Shown here in pieces: positions 11,808 to 25,564 of a stretch of DNA of 64,000 nt. Position 1 is the first letter of the stretch. Each line of letters begins with the position of its first letter. Under the pieces are notes generated by a model. The model saw only the letters and a program-made list of their open reading frames with translations, was not told the DNA's origin and did not search any database. Source of the stretch: Heterodontus francisci (taxonomy: Eukaryota). The stretch lies in NCBI RefSeq assembly GCF_036365525.1, contig NC_090421.1:1747982-1811981 (forward strand). Direction: 5' to 3'. The position numbers and the translations under genes are program-made.

Positions 11808-14800
11808 ACATGTCCAGGATGAGTGACTCCAAATGTATGGGATGCACCACCTTCTTTTGATGTGTTCGCTTCCCTAGTTATTGCAAAAAATGTTCAGGAC
11901 AAAAATTGATCCTGTTCAGGATACAGAAGGCAGTGAGGTGGAACATCTGGACTGTCCTCACTGTACAAGGATGAATAACCACCCTGATGTACAAAGTACT
12001 TAGAGATCCAAAATAAAATGAGCTGTGGAAGAAGCAAAGCTCTCGTTCTCAGGTTTAGTTCAAAACATAACTGGTCCTAAAAATAATTAGTAAACTAGTA
12101 TTTACTTAAATCTTGTGCAGTTGGGACGTTGATGGCTACACATCAATTAAATCTTTGAGCCAGGGTTGTAGCAAAGGTAATGTGTGGGGTGGGGGGTGCA
12201 AGTAGCTAGCATAACAGTCAGACTTAAAAGAACTTTAGGATCACTCTTGTTATAACTGTTTTTCAACTTTGAGTCCCTCCATTGAGTATGGAGGAAACAA
12301 TGTTCCCTTTTAATCCATTGGGTTACTGCAGCCCTAAGACTAAGTATAAATATGGATCACCCCATTTCCCCAGTCTGTTCTCAGTTCCTAACCTGTGCAC
12401 TGTTGAACACCGTTCCACTCTTTCCTTCCCTCATCCTCTCCTTGTACATAGTTCATCAGTTTACTCCACAACTAATAATTAAAGTTAAATGATAAAAATC
12501 GAGGGAATGAAAGTACCTGATGACAGTTAGCCTGATTGAACAAAGTTTGGGAGAGCGATAAGAGGAAAGGGACCTCCAAATGTGTAAAACCTTATTCAGA
12601 CTCAGTCTTTGAAATGTTAAATGTTGCACTACGCAAAGGTCAAAGAAACAAGAGGATGTTTATATTACAGACCTGTGTTAAACAACCCTTTTGTCTACAA
12701 CTCATGATACCCATGCAAATATAAGTGAGATTATGGATGTCACTGTGCAAATCAAGTACATGTATTTATGCCAGCCTTTACCTAGTATTGTACCAGTGGG
12801 GAAAGTGGCACAATGCCAACCTCCAGAAATACGTCATGTTTTAGTAGTATTGGAGATTCTTAGACTTCACTACAAATAAAATTGTCTATTCAGCTCTCCA
12901 GTGTAAAGTACCAAAACAGTCTTGACTTTAGACAGCCTTTCAGGAAAAGCCATCTTTACCATGCTAAATTGAAATGTAAAGGGGTCAAGCCATTTTTTCT
13001 GCGTTCAAGTTTTATTTTGTAAGCATGTTAAAAATAGGGAGTGTAATGAATACAGTACATAATGGCAGAGACGTGAAGTTATTGTCTGCAGTGGTTTATG
13101 CAACAAGCTCTTTAGTTACACATTATGAGTAGGGGTGTGTTAGAATCCAGGTAGGTGCTTTTAGCCTTATTGGACCAGGCTGGGAAACAAAAGTTAAATG
13201 TTTAAGCATAATAGCCATCTTGGCAAAATTCCAACATGGCCACCATCATCACTGGAGAGTGGCAATAGCTAACCTTTCATCCCTCAGGGGCCAGCTTGGA
13301 CATTTATTAGTGTACTGATGTTAAATTTTACAAATAGCCAGTTGCCATTTGATTGCATATATTTTGTTAGTGTTACTGCAGGTGATGGTGCTTGGGTTGA
13401 TAGAATGAGGGTAGAGGATAGGAGGCTCAGAGGGAACCACAAACCAGCCTGCAGGCCACTTGGTCAATGACTACCACCATAAAAAGAACAGGATAGTATT
13501 CAATACCCAGAGGGGACATTGAGCAAGAATGGCATCATGTATGTAGAAAGTGGCCCAGTGCCACCACTGATTTCAAACAGCTGCCTAATTTTTGATTCAA
13601 CTCATTGTAACCAGTACATGGACTAGACACCAATAATCTTCATAAACCATCCCAGAGGATAAAATCAAATCAGTTGTAAACTTGTGCAAGCTTTACATAT
13701 ACAATATTGTATAAACTAAAGTTAATATAGTTGCTTGTGTTAGTTATGTTCATGTTGTGTATATTATTCCCTTTAAATCTGTCCCATTTTGTTTTCAGTA
13801 TTTTTGGTACAAAGAAATATTTACATAGAAAAAGTAGATTTGTTTTTAAAAAGGTTAAGTTGAATTGTGTCTTTGAAACCTCAGTATTGCAGATAGAAAA
13901 TTTATCTGCCAAGTCCTGAAATATTACTTTGAATTCTTGTTTTAGTTTGTGGTTGTTTGGAGCAATAAAACATTTATACAGACACAGTGTCATTCTTGCA
14001 TTCCAAAAATGAGGCAAAACTGCACAGTCCTTGAAGGAAGAATGTGTTAGAGAAGGCTCATGGCAAAATGAAAATCTCATGAGACTGAATTATGCAGTGT
14101 ATTAGAACATGGGCCTGGGTTTGAACCCAGCCCAACTTAATGGAGAAGTCTTTATCTGCTACTGCAAGTGAAATGAGTTTGGACCATCCTTAGTGGGTAC
14201 AGGTCTACAACATAACTCAGCATAAAGGGGCAGTGTTGAGATTCAAATTACATAGAAATTATAATATGGAAACAGCCCGCTCAGCTGGACCAGATCACTT
14301 TATTGATTACCCTCCACAACCAATTGAGGGTGTACCCAACAATGGCTTTTCCTCTTATATTCCCATTCTCCCTGAGAGAGATGACAGATATCGGATTCAC
14401 TTTGTGCCTCTTCACAAGTAATATGGTCAACAGCTCAATGGAGTAGGATCAAATCTACCTCTTTGGCACCATGCATTGACGCTCTGGGCTGCACCATTAT
14501 TCATCCACAAGACAATGAGAAAATTTGCATTTCTATGTACCTATTATCAGTTCAAATATGAGACAGCATAGGAAGTTCTGATCTGGCCTTTTGATGTAAA
14601 TTGAAGTACTGAACAGTCAACAGGGCAACTGTCTCTGGGTCAATGCTGTATTATTTGTTCAAGGGAAACAAAGACCTAGGAACAAGCCACCCAGCCCCAC
14701 CCCCAACACTCAAGTTTGCATAAGGCTTGGGAAGAGCAGGGGAACAAGGGGAAAAGAAGATTGTTTGTGACAAAATGGATTACACAAGTGTAATCTCAAA

Positions 14801-15059
14801 CATGCCATATAACCATTGAATGTAGAGAATTAGGTTTGTACTTTGCTACCAATTTTCTCTATGGAGTTGCCAGAGGAGCAGTCTTCCATGACACACGCCC
14901 CACTAGTTGCACAAGAATGCCAAATTTCTGCCCTTGCATCCCTCAGAGCCAGTGTCTTCAAGCTAGTCCATCTTCATAGTACTATAAATCTCAATTGAAG
15001 CATGATATGGCATATTTGCATACCTGGCCTTCCTTGGCCATTTGGAGTCTTTACAAGCT

Positions 15060-15146
15060 CAGCATTAAAGTAACAGAAAATCTGGGCTAATGTCTGTTCT
15101 TGCAGCTGACTGCTGTTCAGCAACCAGTTTGAAAGCGTGCATCAGG
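15060..15146 (+). repeat. 87-bp copy of 17803-17889, flanked by a 19-bp direct repeat
   Basis: Direct comparison of the two segments; flanks TGGAGTCTTTACAAGCTCA and TGGAATCTTTACAAGCTCA. Confidence 0.85.
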
Positions 15147-15514
15147 CATCTGGAATCTTTACAAGCTCATTGTGAAACTTTTGCCACCTTCCCCTTCCTT
15201 CCTCAAGCGATTCTGGAAATTTAAGTCCTTGAACCCAGAGGAAGCAAACATTCACTGGCCCTCAAAGTCTCTCAATTGCACTCAAGCCTCACTCACCATG
15301 TGCTTCATACAGCTCAAAGAAAATTAAACTTATACAGACATCCATGGATACCGACTGCATGGCTCAGAGTGTGCATGTTCCCATTATTGCCCTACAGTTA
15401 ATGCCTCATATTTTCTAATTTAAACAAAACAATCTCCTCTCCTGTAAGCGCTACCTCTTGGCAGTTCTTTCAGTGATAACCCTCACGTGCACGACTATTT
15501 TTCACGCAAGCCTA

Positions 15515-15780
15515 TTTTTTTTAAATTATTCAATCCTGGGACGTGGGTGTTACTAGCTAGCCCAGCATTTATTGCCCAGCGCCAATTGCCCTCGAGAAGG
15601 TGGTGGTGAGCCACCTTTTTGAACCGCTGCAGACCTTGGGATGTAGGTACACCCAACAGTGCTGTAAGGAAGGGAGTTCCAGGATCTTGACCCAGTAACA
15701 GTGAAGGAATTCCCATGCATCTGCTGCCCTTGTCCTTCTAGGTAGTAGAGGTCACGGGTTTGGAAGCTGATGTCGAAGGA
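15515..15780 (-). mobile_element. 3' fragment of the same LINE family
   Basis: Matches the tail of 31925-35192, with an internal deletion. Confidence 0.75.
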
Positions 15781-16284
15781 TTACTAAGCTCAATCAGGTC
15801 CTCAAGCTATGCCCGCACTTGTTTGCCTTCCAACACAGGTGACTGGATAGGAATCAGGAACCTTGCTGATTGCACCCCTCCCCACTAAAGGCTGCTGACG
15901 CAATTGTACTGTCTCTGCTCCAAGTGAAACCTGCTAGCTCTGTACAGAGCAAAAATGAAAATGTGGCAACTTCTTGGTCTGTATGGAGAAAAGATCTCAA
16001 ACTGAGGTTTCTCAGTAACAATCTGCTGTGACATTGAGACAATTGCCCTGGTCCTGAAAAAAAAATGGTCTGCAGTGAGGGGGCACTACATTGGCTTCAG
16101 AAACCCCCTGGGTTTGAGAAATATAGCAAGGATTGCTGATGGGATAACAGAGAACACCTCTTCACCCATTAATTTTGCTCAAAAGCATGGATCATTGCAC
16201 ATGCTGGGGCAGGGGGGGGGGGGGGGGGGAAACCACAATGACTAAATACTTTACCAGCAATGAAGAATAGTCATTATTCAACAA

Positions 16285-17100
16285 GACCTCTGCCATTTCT
16301 GCCACCTCCAGCATGATGGCAAATACAGCTACCCTCCCCACTTCTGCATTCTGAAGGAACCATTCCCTCCATAACACTGTGGTCCACTTCTCAATCACCC
16401 TCTCCCCTTCCCACAGAAACTTTCCATGCAAGGACAGGAGATGCAACATCTACCCTTTCACCATCTCCCTTCTCACCATCCAGGGCCCCCAAATAATCCT
16501 TCTAGGTGAATGGCGATTTATTGTACTTTTCAATTTAGTATACTGTATTCAGTGCTCATGGTGCAGTCTCCTATACATTGGCGAGAGAAAACAGACTGGG
16601 TGAACACTTGGTGGAACACCTTGGTTCAGTCCACGATTGTGACTGAGCTTCCGGTTGTCAAGTAAATTCTCCACCCCATTTGCACTCAGCCTCCCACGCT
16701 GTTCCAATGAAGCTCAATGCAAGCTTGAGAAAGAGCACTTTATCTTCTGATTAGACACTTTACAGCCCTTCAGATTCAACATGGAGTTCAACAATTTCAG
16801 ATTATAATCTCTGTCCCCATTTACTTATTGAATGGCAGCTGTTGATTCTGCTGTTCCCATTTATGTCTCTAGACCCATTTTCTGTTTCTTTACTTGTCCC
16901 ATCACCCCTTGTTATTTAATCACTCCTGTCTTCAACTCTAACGCAGGCCTTCCTTTTTGTTCTTCACACATCACCACCTTTGTACTTGCTTAAAACCTGC
17001 TACATCTCTATCTTGTTCCAGTTCTGACAAAAGGTCATTGAGCTGAAACATTAATTTTGTTCCTCTTTCCACAGATGCTGCCTGACCTGTTGAGTATTTT
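16285..17100 (+). mobile_element. Penelope-like element 3' fragment (GIY-YIG endonuclease remnant plus terminal repeat)
   Basis: Remnant translation VYCIQCSWCSLLYIGE is the GIY-YIG/CxxC motif of Penelope-like elements; ends in a decayed hammerhead-bearing repeat. Confidence 0.7.
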
Positions 17101-20100
17101 AGAACAATGGTAATGTGGGTGAGGTATTGGAGGGAACCCATGGACTTGTACTTGAGCACATCACCTTAAGAGGACTAAATGAAGGTGGGGGTGGGGTAAA
17201 AAGCAATGACTGAGAAGTCAGCACTTCACGTTCAAAGTACTTGCCCAGGTTACCACCACCTTTAATGTAAGGAAATGTAATTCGGAATAGATGCAATTAA
17301 AAAAGATTTCTATTCAAGTAAATGAAATTGTACCACTGCTCAGATCTTCACAAAGGACCTAGGGGCAGGAAAAAGAGCAGGGTTTGATCCTATGCCCTTT
17401 AGATGTAAATTGTTTAAAATGTCTTCTGTTTTAAGACCAGGTTTTCCCTCATGCAATGGATGAGAGGAGGAAGACCCCCTACACCTGTTCTCCATAAACC
17501 AACGACAACGTGGGAATGCAACACATTTAGGAATTCTTGTGTAATGACTTGCTACTTCTCCAATGACAAAAAAGGGCTAAATCTTTAACCCTGACCTACC
17601 CAGGCCTCCAAGGACAGAGCCTTTGAACTTTGTTTTACTTGTTAGCTTTCCCCTTTCTTCATTGTCCTTGAATCCTTACTTCAGCATCCACAGGAGCTGT
17701 TAAAGAAACACTGATTTACATAATTGCCAAATTGACCAGCGCTTGCTAAAATTCAGCAGCCTAATATTCCAATCAGTATTATTTTAACCCATGGGTTACC
17801 TCCAGCATTAAAGTAATAGAAAATCTGGGCTAATGTCTGTTCTTGCAGCTGCCTGTTATTCAGCAACCAGTTTGAAAGCATGCATCAGGTACAGTCTAGC
17901 CCAGCAGCAACAAAGACAGTGAGTTAGCCTGCTTCCTGGCTCGGCCATCATTGGGTGATACTGCAGGACAGCTAACTCCATACCCATGAAGACTGAACAG
18001 GGGTAAAATTCACCTTTGGCAGGGCTGCAAAACTGGCCGTGATAGATTGGCTGCCCATGTTATGTCCCTCCCCTCCAATTTGCATGTAGTTATTACAGCA
18101 GTTGTTGAAAGATTGGCCTATGATGATTTGGGGTGGTGGAAAGAGAGAATTGTACAAATTAGAGGACAGGTCATATAAGATTGGGTACATATAGCTGAAG
18201 AAAATCACTAGTAAGGTGGGTGAGATTCGAGTGATATGGAAACTTTGAAGTCAATGTGCTGGGTGCAGGGAGTGGTGGTGTGGGAAAAAGGGCTTGCCAA
18301 GTAGCTATTCCAAGTGTGGGAAAAAGCTGGTTTCACAGATAACTGGCAATATCTTTAAAATAGACTTTTACAATACGTTTACCGATCAAGAGGCCTTTAG
18401 GCTCTGATGTGCCCCCCACCACCTTGTCATCAAACACCAAAGATTAATTTCCTAAGCAGGTTGTTCAGATTGAAGAATTAGATGCTGACTGGCATTAAAG
18501 AGCAAGATATATCTAAAGCAACTAATAATGGGAGATGGATTGTGAGAATAAACAGTTTATTTGCAGTTGGGAGTGGGAAAGAAACAAAGCAAAAGAAAGT
18601 ACTATTAGGGCCATGATTAAACAAAAAGCTGTCACGCTGAGACATCAGTTGGGAGAGCCAGTGCTGTCCTCAAAGAGTTAAGCACTTGGTTGTAAAGGAA
18701 CTCGTGAGAAAGGAAACTACTAGTTTAGTTCTGTCGTCTACCTGTAAGGAGCTCTTTAATAGAGCAAGCGGAACTAGTAGGAATGTGTGAAGAGAAAACA
18801 CATGCCATCCTGCAAATTCCAGCTTCCTTCAACTCTCCCAATAGGAGAGACTTAATTGTACACTGTTTTTTTGTTTAAAGCACATCAGCAAGATTCATAA
18901 TACTGCAACTTTGGTTTCAACTTCCATTTTAAAATCTTAATCAAATAATTATCAGGTTTCTGAAAGGAATAAGTCTCACTGCAATGAAGAACTATAACGC
19001 AGGATTGCTGCCTGATACTGCTGGTCAGTGGCGTAGAGTAGAACAAGAGAACAATACAGTGAAGGGTCAGCTGTGGTGGCAGGGGCCATGATGGGGAATG
19101 ATTTTGGGAGTTAGGACAAGCTGCTTATTATCTGTCTGCTTCCTCAGTTAGGGAGGAGTACACCTTTTAAAGAGGAGGAATGTGATAGGTAGGGCAAGTA
19201 ATTTGCCACAGCATGACAAATTTAGCATTCCTACTAAAGTACTTTACCCAAGGAGTCACTCAAACTGCCAAGTCCTTGCAATGTGCACTTCTCCTGTCTT
19301 ACCTTAAAAAGCACAAACTGTATCCAAAAAATAGATAGCAGCATAGCTGTAGGCTCCAGTACAGTAGACCATAGGGCTCACTTTCACTAGTTCCTTTCAC
19401 AGCACAGTGGGATCAAAATAAACATGTAGGTGAAACTCTGGATTAGCAATCTTATCCCACCCGAATCAGGTGATGACATTCCTCATCCTTTCTTTGTAGG
19501 CTTAAACTGCACAGAACCTCCCAAGAGACAGCAAGTTACCCCAGGCAACTTTATAGAAACATGGAAAAGGCCATCCAACTTTATGAATGATAGAGCACAA
19601 GGAGATAATGACAAGTATTTTTAATTATTTACACTGTCAAACTATCAAATATTTGAGCTTTCATCAGTGTAGGACAGTTGTGTTTAAATTGGAAGTCCTT
19701 CTACAGCAAAATAAAGTGACAGGATAGATCAGCTCACCTTTCTTTCCCTCCACAAAGTCATTATGAAGGAAGCTAGTGCTGAAGGAGGAAGAATGAGAAT
19801 GAAGGACAGTGAAGAAAACTTCCTCTGTCACGTATTTAGTTTCAAACTCCAAAGAAAATGGTGGCCGAGACCATTGCATCGTTTAAAAGGGAAAAGTGAA
19901 TAAATATTTGAAGAGGAAGATACAGTTCTAGGGAGACCAAGGCAGTGGAATTCATTTTGGATTGCTCCAAAGAACCAGCATAGCCATGGTAGACCTAATG
20001 CTATAAATTTATATGGCTCCAAGTCAGATACACTAGTTAGAGGCAGAATAAAACTGCACCCCAATCTCAGAAGAGCACCCCCTGCTGCAATGTGACATTT

Positions 20101-21275
20101 TCCATTTCCCTCGTGAACCACCTTGTCTTTGGACAGAGATTACTAATTAATGCTGAACTATAGGCAGTCTCATGCTCTACGCCAATCCCCACAAGGAACT
20201 GTATTGAGAACATCTGAATTCATTACTGACTGCAAGCATCTAAAGAATACAGAAACTTTCAAACAGTCAGTAGGAGCTAAATTTGAGCCAGTGCAGAGGT
20301 TAAAAAGGTCACGGTTTTAAAAAAAAGTAACCATTTCCCACAAAACATTTTTAAAATGATATATCAAGCAACAGCCTTGAGAAATAGGGAACCCACCAGT
20401 GACTCAGTTCCCCTATTATGCAGCTGAGGCATATGAACTAGGAAGATCCCAAATTCAATCGCTGGTTTGTGTCGAGTTAGCATCCCTTGGGTTTCCTGAT
20501 CCAGATTTCTATTCAGTGATTTCTGCTGCAAGTAATATGTGAATACAGTATCAGGCCTGTCTATGTTGTAGCCATGGTTAACTAAACTAACACATACCAC
20601 CAAATCACACGAGTGAATATATTTTCTGTGGACACCTGCGGGAACCTGTCAGTCTCGAACAGCCTAGTAGGTACAGCCTATTAAATTATTCAGACCAGGT
20701 TGAGTCTGCGGACAGGGAAAGGAAAGAAGTTTGGGTGCTAAACCCAGCCTCAACACATGTGGACATCAGGTGGGAGGACAACAGGGAGGATAAAAGAAAA
20801 AAGTATTTCTGTTTCTGATCACTATCCAGTAACTGCTAGTGGAAATGTGTGGGGAAGTCAGAAGGGCAGGCTTGCTAGGACACCTCTACAATGCAAATCT
20901 GCTGACACTTACTGCCAGGGCTCATACATGAGGAACAAGCACTTAGACAAGGTACTGCTCTAACAAGAGTCAGTACTTCCAGAAAAGGGAGAAGATGGAA
21001 AGTGAAATGCCTGATTTGTACCCATCTTAAAGAAATCAAATAGCAACTGCAAAAATATTTAAAAACAAGTCAATTGCCATGTGCATTTGTAGAAAATATG
21101 ATCCAGCAACCAGAAAAGTTTGGGGAGGCGGGGGGGGGGCAGAGAAGTTGTTTTTTAAAAAATGAGGCAACAGGCTCCACACCAATTACATTCAAAACCA
21201 TCCCATGCGTATGGATACACTTGACAGGAAATGTTGTCAAAGTAGCATTCCTAGATGTGAAATGACACCTGGACA

Positions 21276-21432
21276 AGATTAGATTAGATTAGATTAGATT
21301 AGAGATACAGCACTGAAACAGGCCCTTCGGCCCACCGAGTCTGTGCCGAACATCAACCACCCATTTATACTAATCCTACACTAATCCCATATTCTTACCA
21401 AACATCCCCACCTGTCCCTATATTTCCCTACC
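21276..21432 (-). mobile_element. 5'-truncated HE1-like V-SINE
   Basis: 3' half only, with (AGATT)5 tail on the + strand. Confidence 0.8.
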
Positions 21433-21885
21433 AGAGTTTTACATTTTATTGCATCACACCACCTGCTAGTTAGTTCACTGGGAAACAGTCACCAGTTTCA
21501 TATCACACATACTGGCAGTTTATGATCAAACATTTACTGTTTCAGTAAACCAAGCCACTGCAGCTATGTCACAAGATGGGGCAGGGAGGTGGGGGAGCGA
21601 AAGAAAATGCAATGCTGCAAGTTTAAAAAGAGAGGGGTAGTTAGGTGCTTGTAGACAAATGCTTTGGGCCAATTGAATTCTAAAATAAAATTGCTGTAAA
21701 AGATCAGAACAGGTAATAGCAGGATAATTCACACCTATGTGTGGCACACCAGACACAACTCACTATCACCATTTTACCAACCCCAATTACCTGTCCTTTT
21801 TTAAAATGTATGTGCTACCCTACCAAGAATTCATTTTTTGTTCTTTACCAGAGTAAACAAAACCCAGTGGTATCTTTTAACATAT

Positions 21886-22234
21886 GGGCGACACAGTGGC
21901 GCAGTGGTTAGCACCGCAGCCTCACAGCTCTAGCGACCTGGGTTCAAATCCAGGTACTGCCTGTGTGGAGTTTGCAAGTTCTCCCTGTGTCTGCGTGGGT
22001 TTCCTCTGGGTGCTCCGGTTTCCTCCCATATGCCAAAGACTTGCAGGTTGATAGGTAAATTGGCCATTAATAATTGCCCCTAGTATAGGTAGGTGGTAGG
22101 GAAATATAGGGACAGGTGGGGGATGTGTTAGGAATATGGGATTAGTGTAGGATTAGTATAAATGGGTGGCTGATGGTCGGCACAGACTCGGTGGGCCGAA
22201 GGGCCTGTTTCAGTGCTGTATCACTAAACTAAAC
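21886..22234 (+). mobile_element. HE1-like V-SINE, full length
   Basis: tRNA A/B boxes; V-domain (GTGGAGTTTGCAAGTTCTCCC...GCTCCGGTTTCCTCCCA); CR1-type tail; (CTAAA)n end. Confidence 0.85.
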
Positions 22235-23325
22235 ATTTCTTTCACGAATAGATGAAAAATGTACTTGATGTTGATCGCTGTCATCTCACTGTGATAAATG
22301 GAAACCCGCACTCAAGCTGAGGAGCAAAAGACTCAAATCAACCTCGACTTGACAGCCAACATAAGTTTGGAGTCTCAATTTCTTGGAATATTTCTGTGGA
22401 TGATTAGCATTACATATTTAATAGTTGGCAGTCTACAAGATGGGGTTAAACCTTGTATGTAATGAAGTTAGGACAATATGAAGTCCAATTATTTTTTGAA
22501 TGAGGTCAAGTGGCTACAGTCACCATTTTGTGCGTGGAGGGAGAAAGAATGACAGATTCATGTGGTGTACAGTATGAATTATTCATAAGTGATTAGATCG
22601 ACGGATGTTGACATCTATGATCGATAACAATTTCTTCCAGTCCGTTTTGTCCCGATTGGAACATTCAAACATTCAAAGTCAAAAAATATAACCCTCTCCA
22701 CCCAAACAAAATCATAAAAGCCCTTTCTGAAGGGAACATCCCCCCTCTACGTTCAATGGGTTGGCACTGGGTAAGGAATAGCTTTTGTGTTGTTTTGAGC
22801 AATCTGCACAAAATCTCTGGCATCACCCGTGTTGAAGACAAACTCCCACTGCAATTTGTATTTTTAGTCACTGACCCATCCATCAAGGTTTTACTTCACT
22901 TAAAAGGTTTCAAAAACAAGGTGATGCAACAATAGCATGACAAAGAAGTCACGTGCATTCACATTTACAAATTAGACTTTTGCAGCTTGCAATGTTTAAC
23001 AAAGACACAACCTTCTTTAATTATCTAGCAAGTTTCACTTGGTTGTACAGTACCTGCAAAAAGTTCCACTAAGATTATCTCCAGCCTGCAGCAGTGACTT
23101 GTGCTCCATGGTATCTCAGCATCTTATTCCTTATTGCTGAAGCAACTGTACATTCTAGCAGTTGTAATTAAATAAGTCATCTAATTTCTGACACCTTGCA
23201 AACACCATTACTGCAAACTGATACACGATAGGGAAATAAAGCACATTTTCAGTTTAAAAAGTATCCAAAAAAATCTACTTGATACACATTTAAAATATTC
23301 TTGGTAAAAAAAAAGCAAGGTGTTA

Positions 23326-23367
23326 TCAGACAATCCCAAAACGTTCTGCTCTTTTCCTCTTCTTTGC
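23326..23367 (-). CDS. SARNP: SARNP exon 11 (terminal)
   Basis: AKKRKRAERFGIV-TGA; the 11 exons sum to 639 nt in one open frame. Confidence 0.95.
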   Translation of the reverse strand, partial: AKKRKRAERFGIV

Positions 23368-23958
23368 CTATTAAAAGAAATATACCAACATCAGAAAGTT
23401 GATTTACAATTCTCATCATTTTCTTATATAGACTTATCCTAGTTATCTTAATTAACTGCTGCAATGATTACATTACTATGATCTGTGAACTCAAATGAAT
23501 CAACATGCTACTCACATCAAGCATGATGGGATCGACTGTAAATGATATGTGAAAGGATTATATAGTATACTCAATACCATACCTATAAGGCCACTCAACC
23601 ACAAGGCAATTAAATTCAACCCTGCTTAATTTGTTTGGAGTACACATAACAGGCCATTCATGACTGATCTGTATCTCAATTCTATCCAATCATCTTGGCT
23701 CCATATCCTTTTATACCCTGATGTAACAAAAATCTATCCCTCTTAGATTTAAAATGGTTGAAGTAGGGCTCTACCAATTGCAACTATATAAAATTGTTAT
23801 TTAACCATTGCATAGATTCACCATTGTTAAATACAACAGCCAAAAAATATAAAATTTACCTACATTTATAAATTGCTAATTATAATCAGTCATGGACAAA
23901 CCTAGAGATCAGAGTTGGCAGGTTTCCAAGGTGTTGGATAATATGCTAGTTTGGTTAC

Positions 23959-24042
23959 CTCTACATCATCTCCACCTCCTGCTGAACTTGTCACAATTCC
24001 AAACCTCTCCTTCCTCTTTTTCATTTTCTCATCATCTTCAGT
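23959..24042 (-). CDS. SARNP: SARNP exon 10
   Basis: 84 nt; TEDDEKMKKRKERFGIVTSSAGGGDDVE. Confidence 0.95.
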
Positions 24043-24494
24043 CTGCAAGAAAAGCAAACACACATTAAAGTCAAAGTGGAGATCAGAATTGATTTAAGGC
24101 AGCAATATTCAGCTCGATGGGTAAATGTACTGTGGCATGGTACCAAGCCATAGAAATATGTGAAAAAGGGCAGTTGGGAAAGATTCCAGAGGGCTGAAAT
24201 TGTACTGCAGCCAAGAGTCATTAAAAAATTTACAATGAATGGGGGGAAAAACGCTTCTCATTATGTCCCAGCAGTTCATGTATTGCATAAAGTTACAATA
24301 CTTGCTGTGCACTCTGGGTAGCAAAAGAGTTAGAGAGCTTTATCAGCAATTCTTTGGCTAAACTGAGCAAAGTCATGATTGGTTGGAAAGTAATATACAG
24401 CAGTGTACCAAGAATTCAGGTAATTTACAGAGTCCTGTAGCTTAACAGGGCCAGAGAAAGAAAGCAGACGATGCGATACAACTGGGTTAGAATG

Positions 24495-24839
24495 ATTAGA
24501 TTAGATTAGATATACAGCACTGAAACAGGCCCTTCGGCCCACCGAGTCTGTGCCGAACATCAACCACCCATTTATACTAATCCTACACTAATCCCATATT
24601 CCTACCAAACATCCCCACCTGTCCCTATATTTCCCTACCACCTACCTATACTAGTGACAATTTATAATGGCCAATTTACCTACCAACCTGCAAGTCTTTT
24701 GGCTTGTGGGAGGAAACCGGAGCACCCGGAGAAAACCCACGCAGACACAGGGAGAACTTGCAAACTCCACACAGGCAGTACCCGGAATCGAACCCGGGTC
24801 CCTGGAGCTGTGAGGCTGCGGTGCTAACCATTGCGCCAC
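24495..24839 (-). mobile_element. HE1-like V-SINE
   Basis: Reverse complement of 21886-22234; (AATCT)n tail; possible GAATG target-site duplication. Confidence 0.85.
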
Positions 24840-25564
24840 GAATGTCTTTCATTGTTCGGTTGCAAGACTCTAAATACTTCTTAAAAGTTTAAGGGAATGT
24901 GCATCCTTTGTGCCGTTGCCAAAGAGTGGAAAAGCACCTGTGGAAATTCAACCTTCCAACTGTTTGCAAATGACACTTATCTGTGGAATGTAAAATGTGC
25001 AGAAGCTTCAAATGGCTAATGTTAAACGCGCCATGCTGAATCAAGCAGAGCAATCTGCTGGCATTCATTGAGGTTCTGCCCGATTATTAAAAGACCTCGA
25101 GCAGAGAGAATAGCCATGACTTGGTTATGTAGCATTTTGGAAGTGAAACAAGAGGCTTTTATTGCTGACAATTGATTTGGTGTTGAACGAAGCAGCAGCT
25201 AACAACAGCACACAACAGAACCTAACTCATTGGATTAGAATATCCATATGATAACTCACCCAAATGTCGTTCACCCATCACCCCTGTGCTCACTGACCTA
25301 CACTGACTGCTATTCCTCCAACATCTTGTTTTAAAATTCTCATTCTGGTTTTCAAATCCCTCCATTGCCTCAGCACCCTCTACACCTCCCACCGCCACAA
25401 TCTTTACGCCTCCTCCAAATCTGGCCTTTTGCACATCCAATTTTAAATTGCTCCACAATAATCAGCAACCCCTAAGCTCTGCAGTTCCCTCCCTAAACCT
25501 CTACACCTTTTTCCTCCTTTAAGACCCTCCTGAAAACCTACCTCTGATGTGCTTTTGATCACCT

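Noticed and set aside
13670-14080. 136-aa ORF on the - strand
   Set aside because: AT-rich low-complexity translation with no motifs; most other short ORFs in the track are likewise chance frames or repeat antisense frames.
21886-21960. tRNA gene
   Set aside because: It is the tRNA-derived head of a V-SINE and continues into the V-domain and tail.
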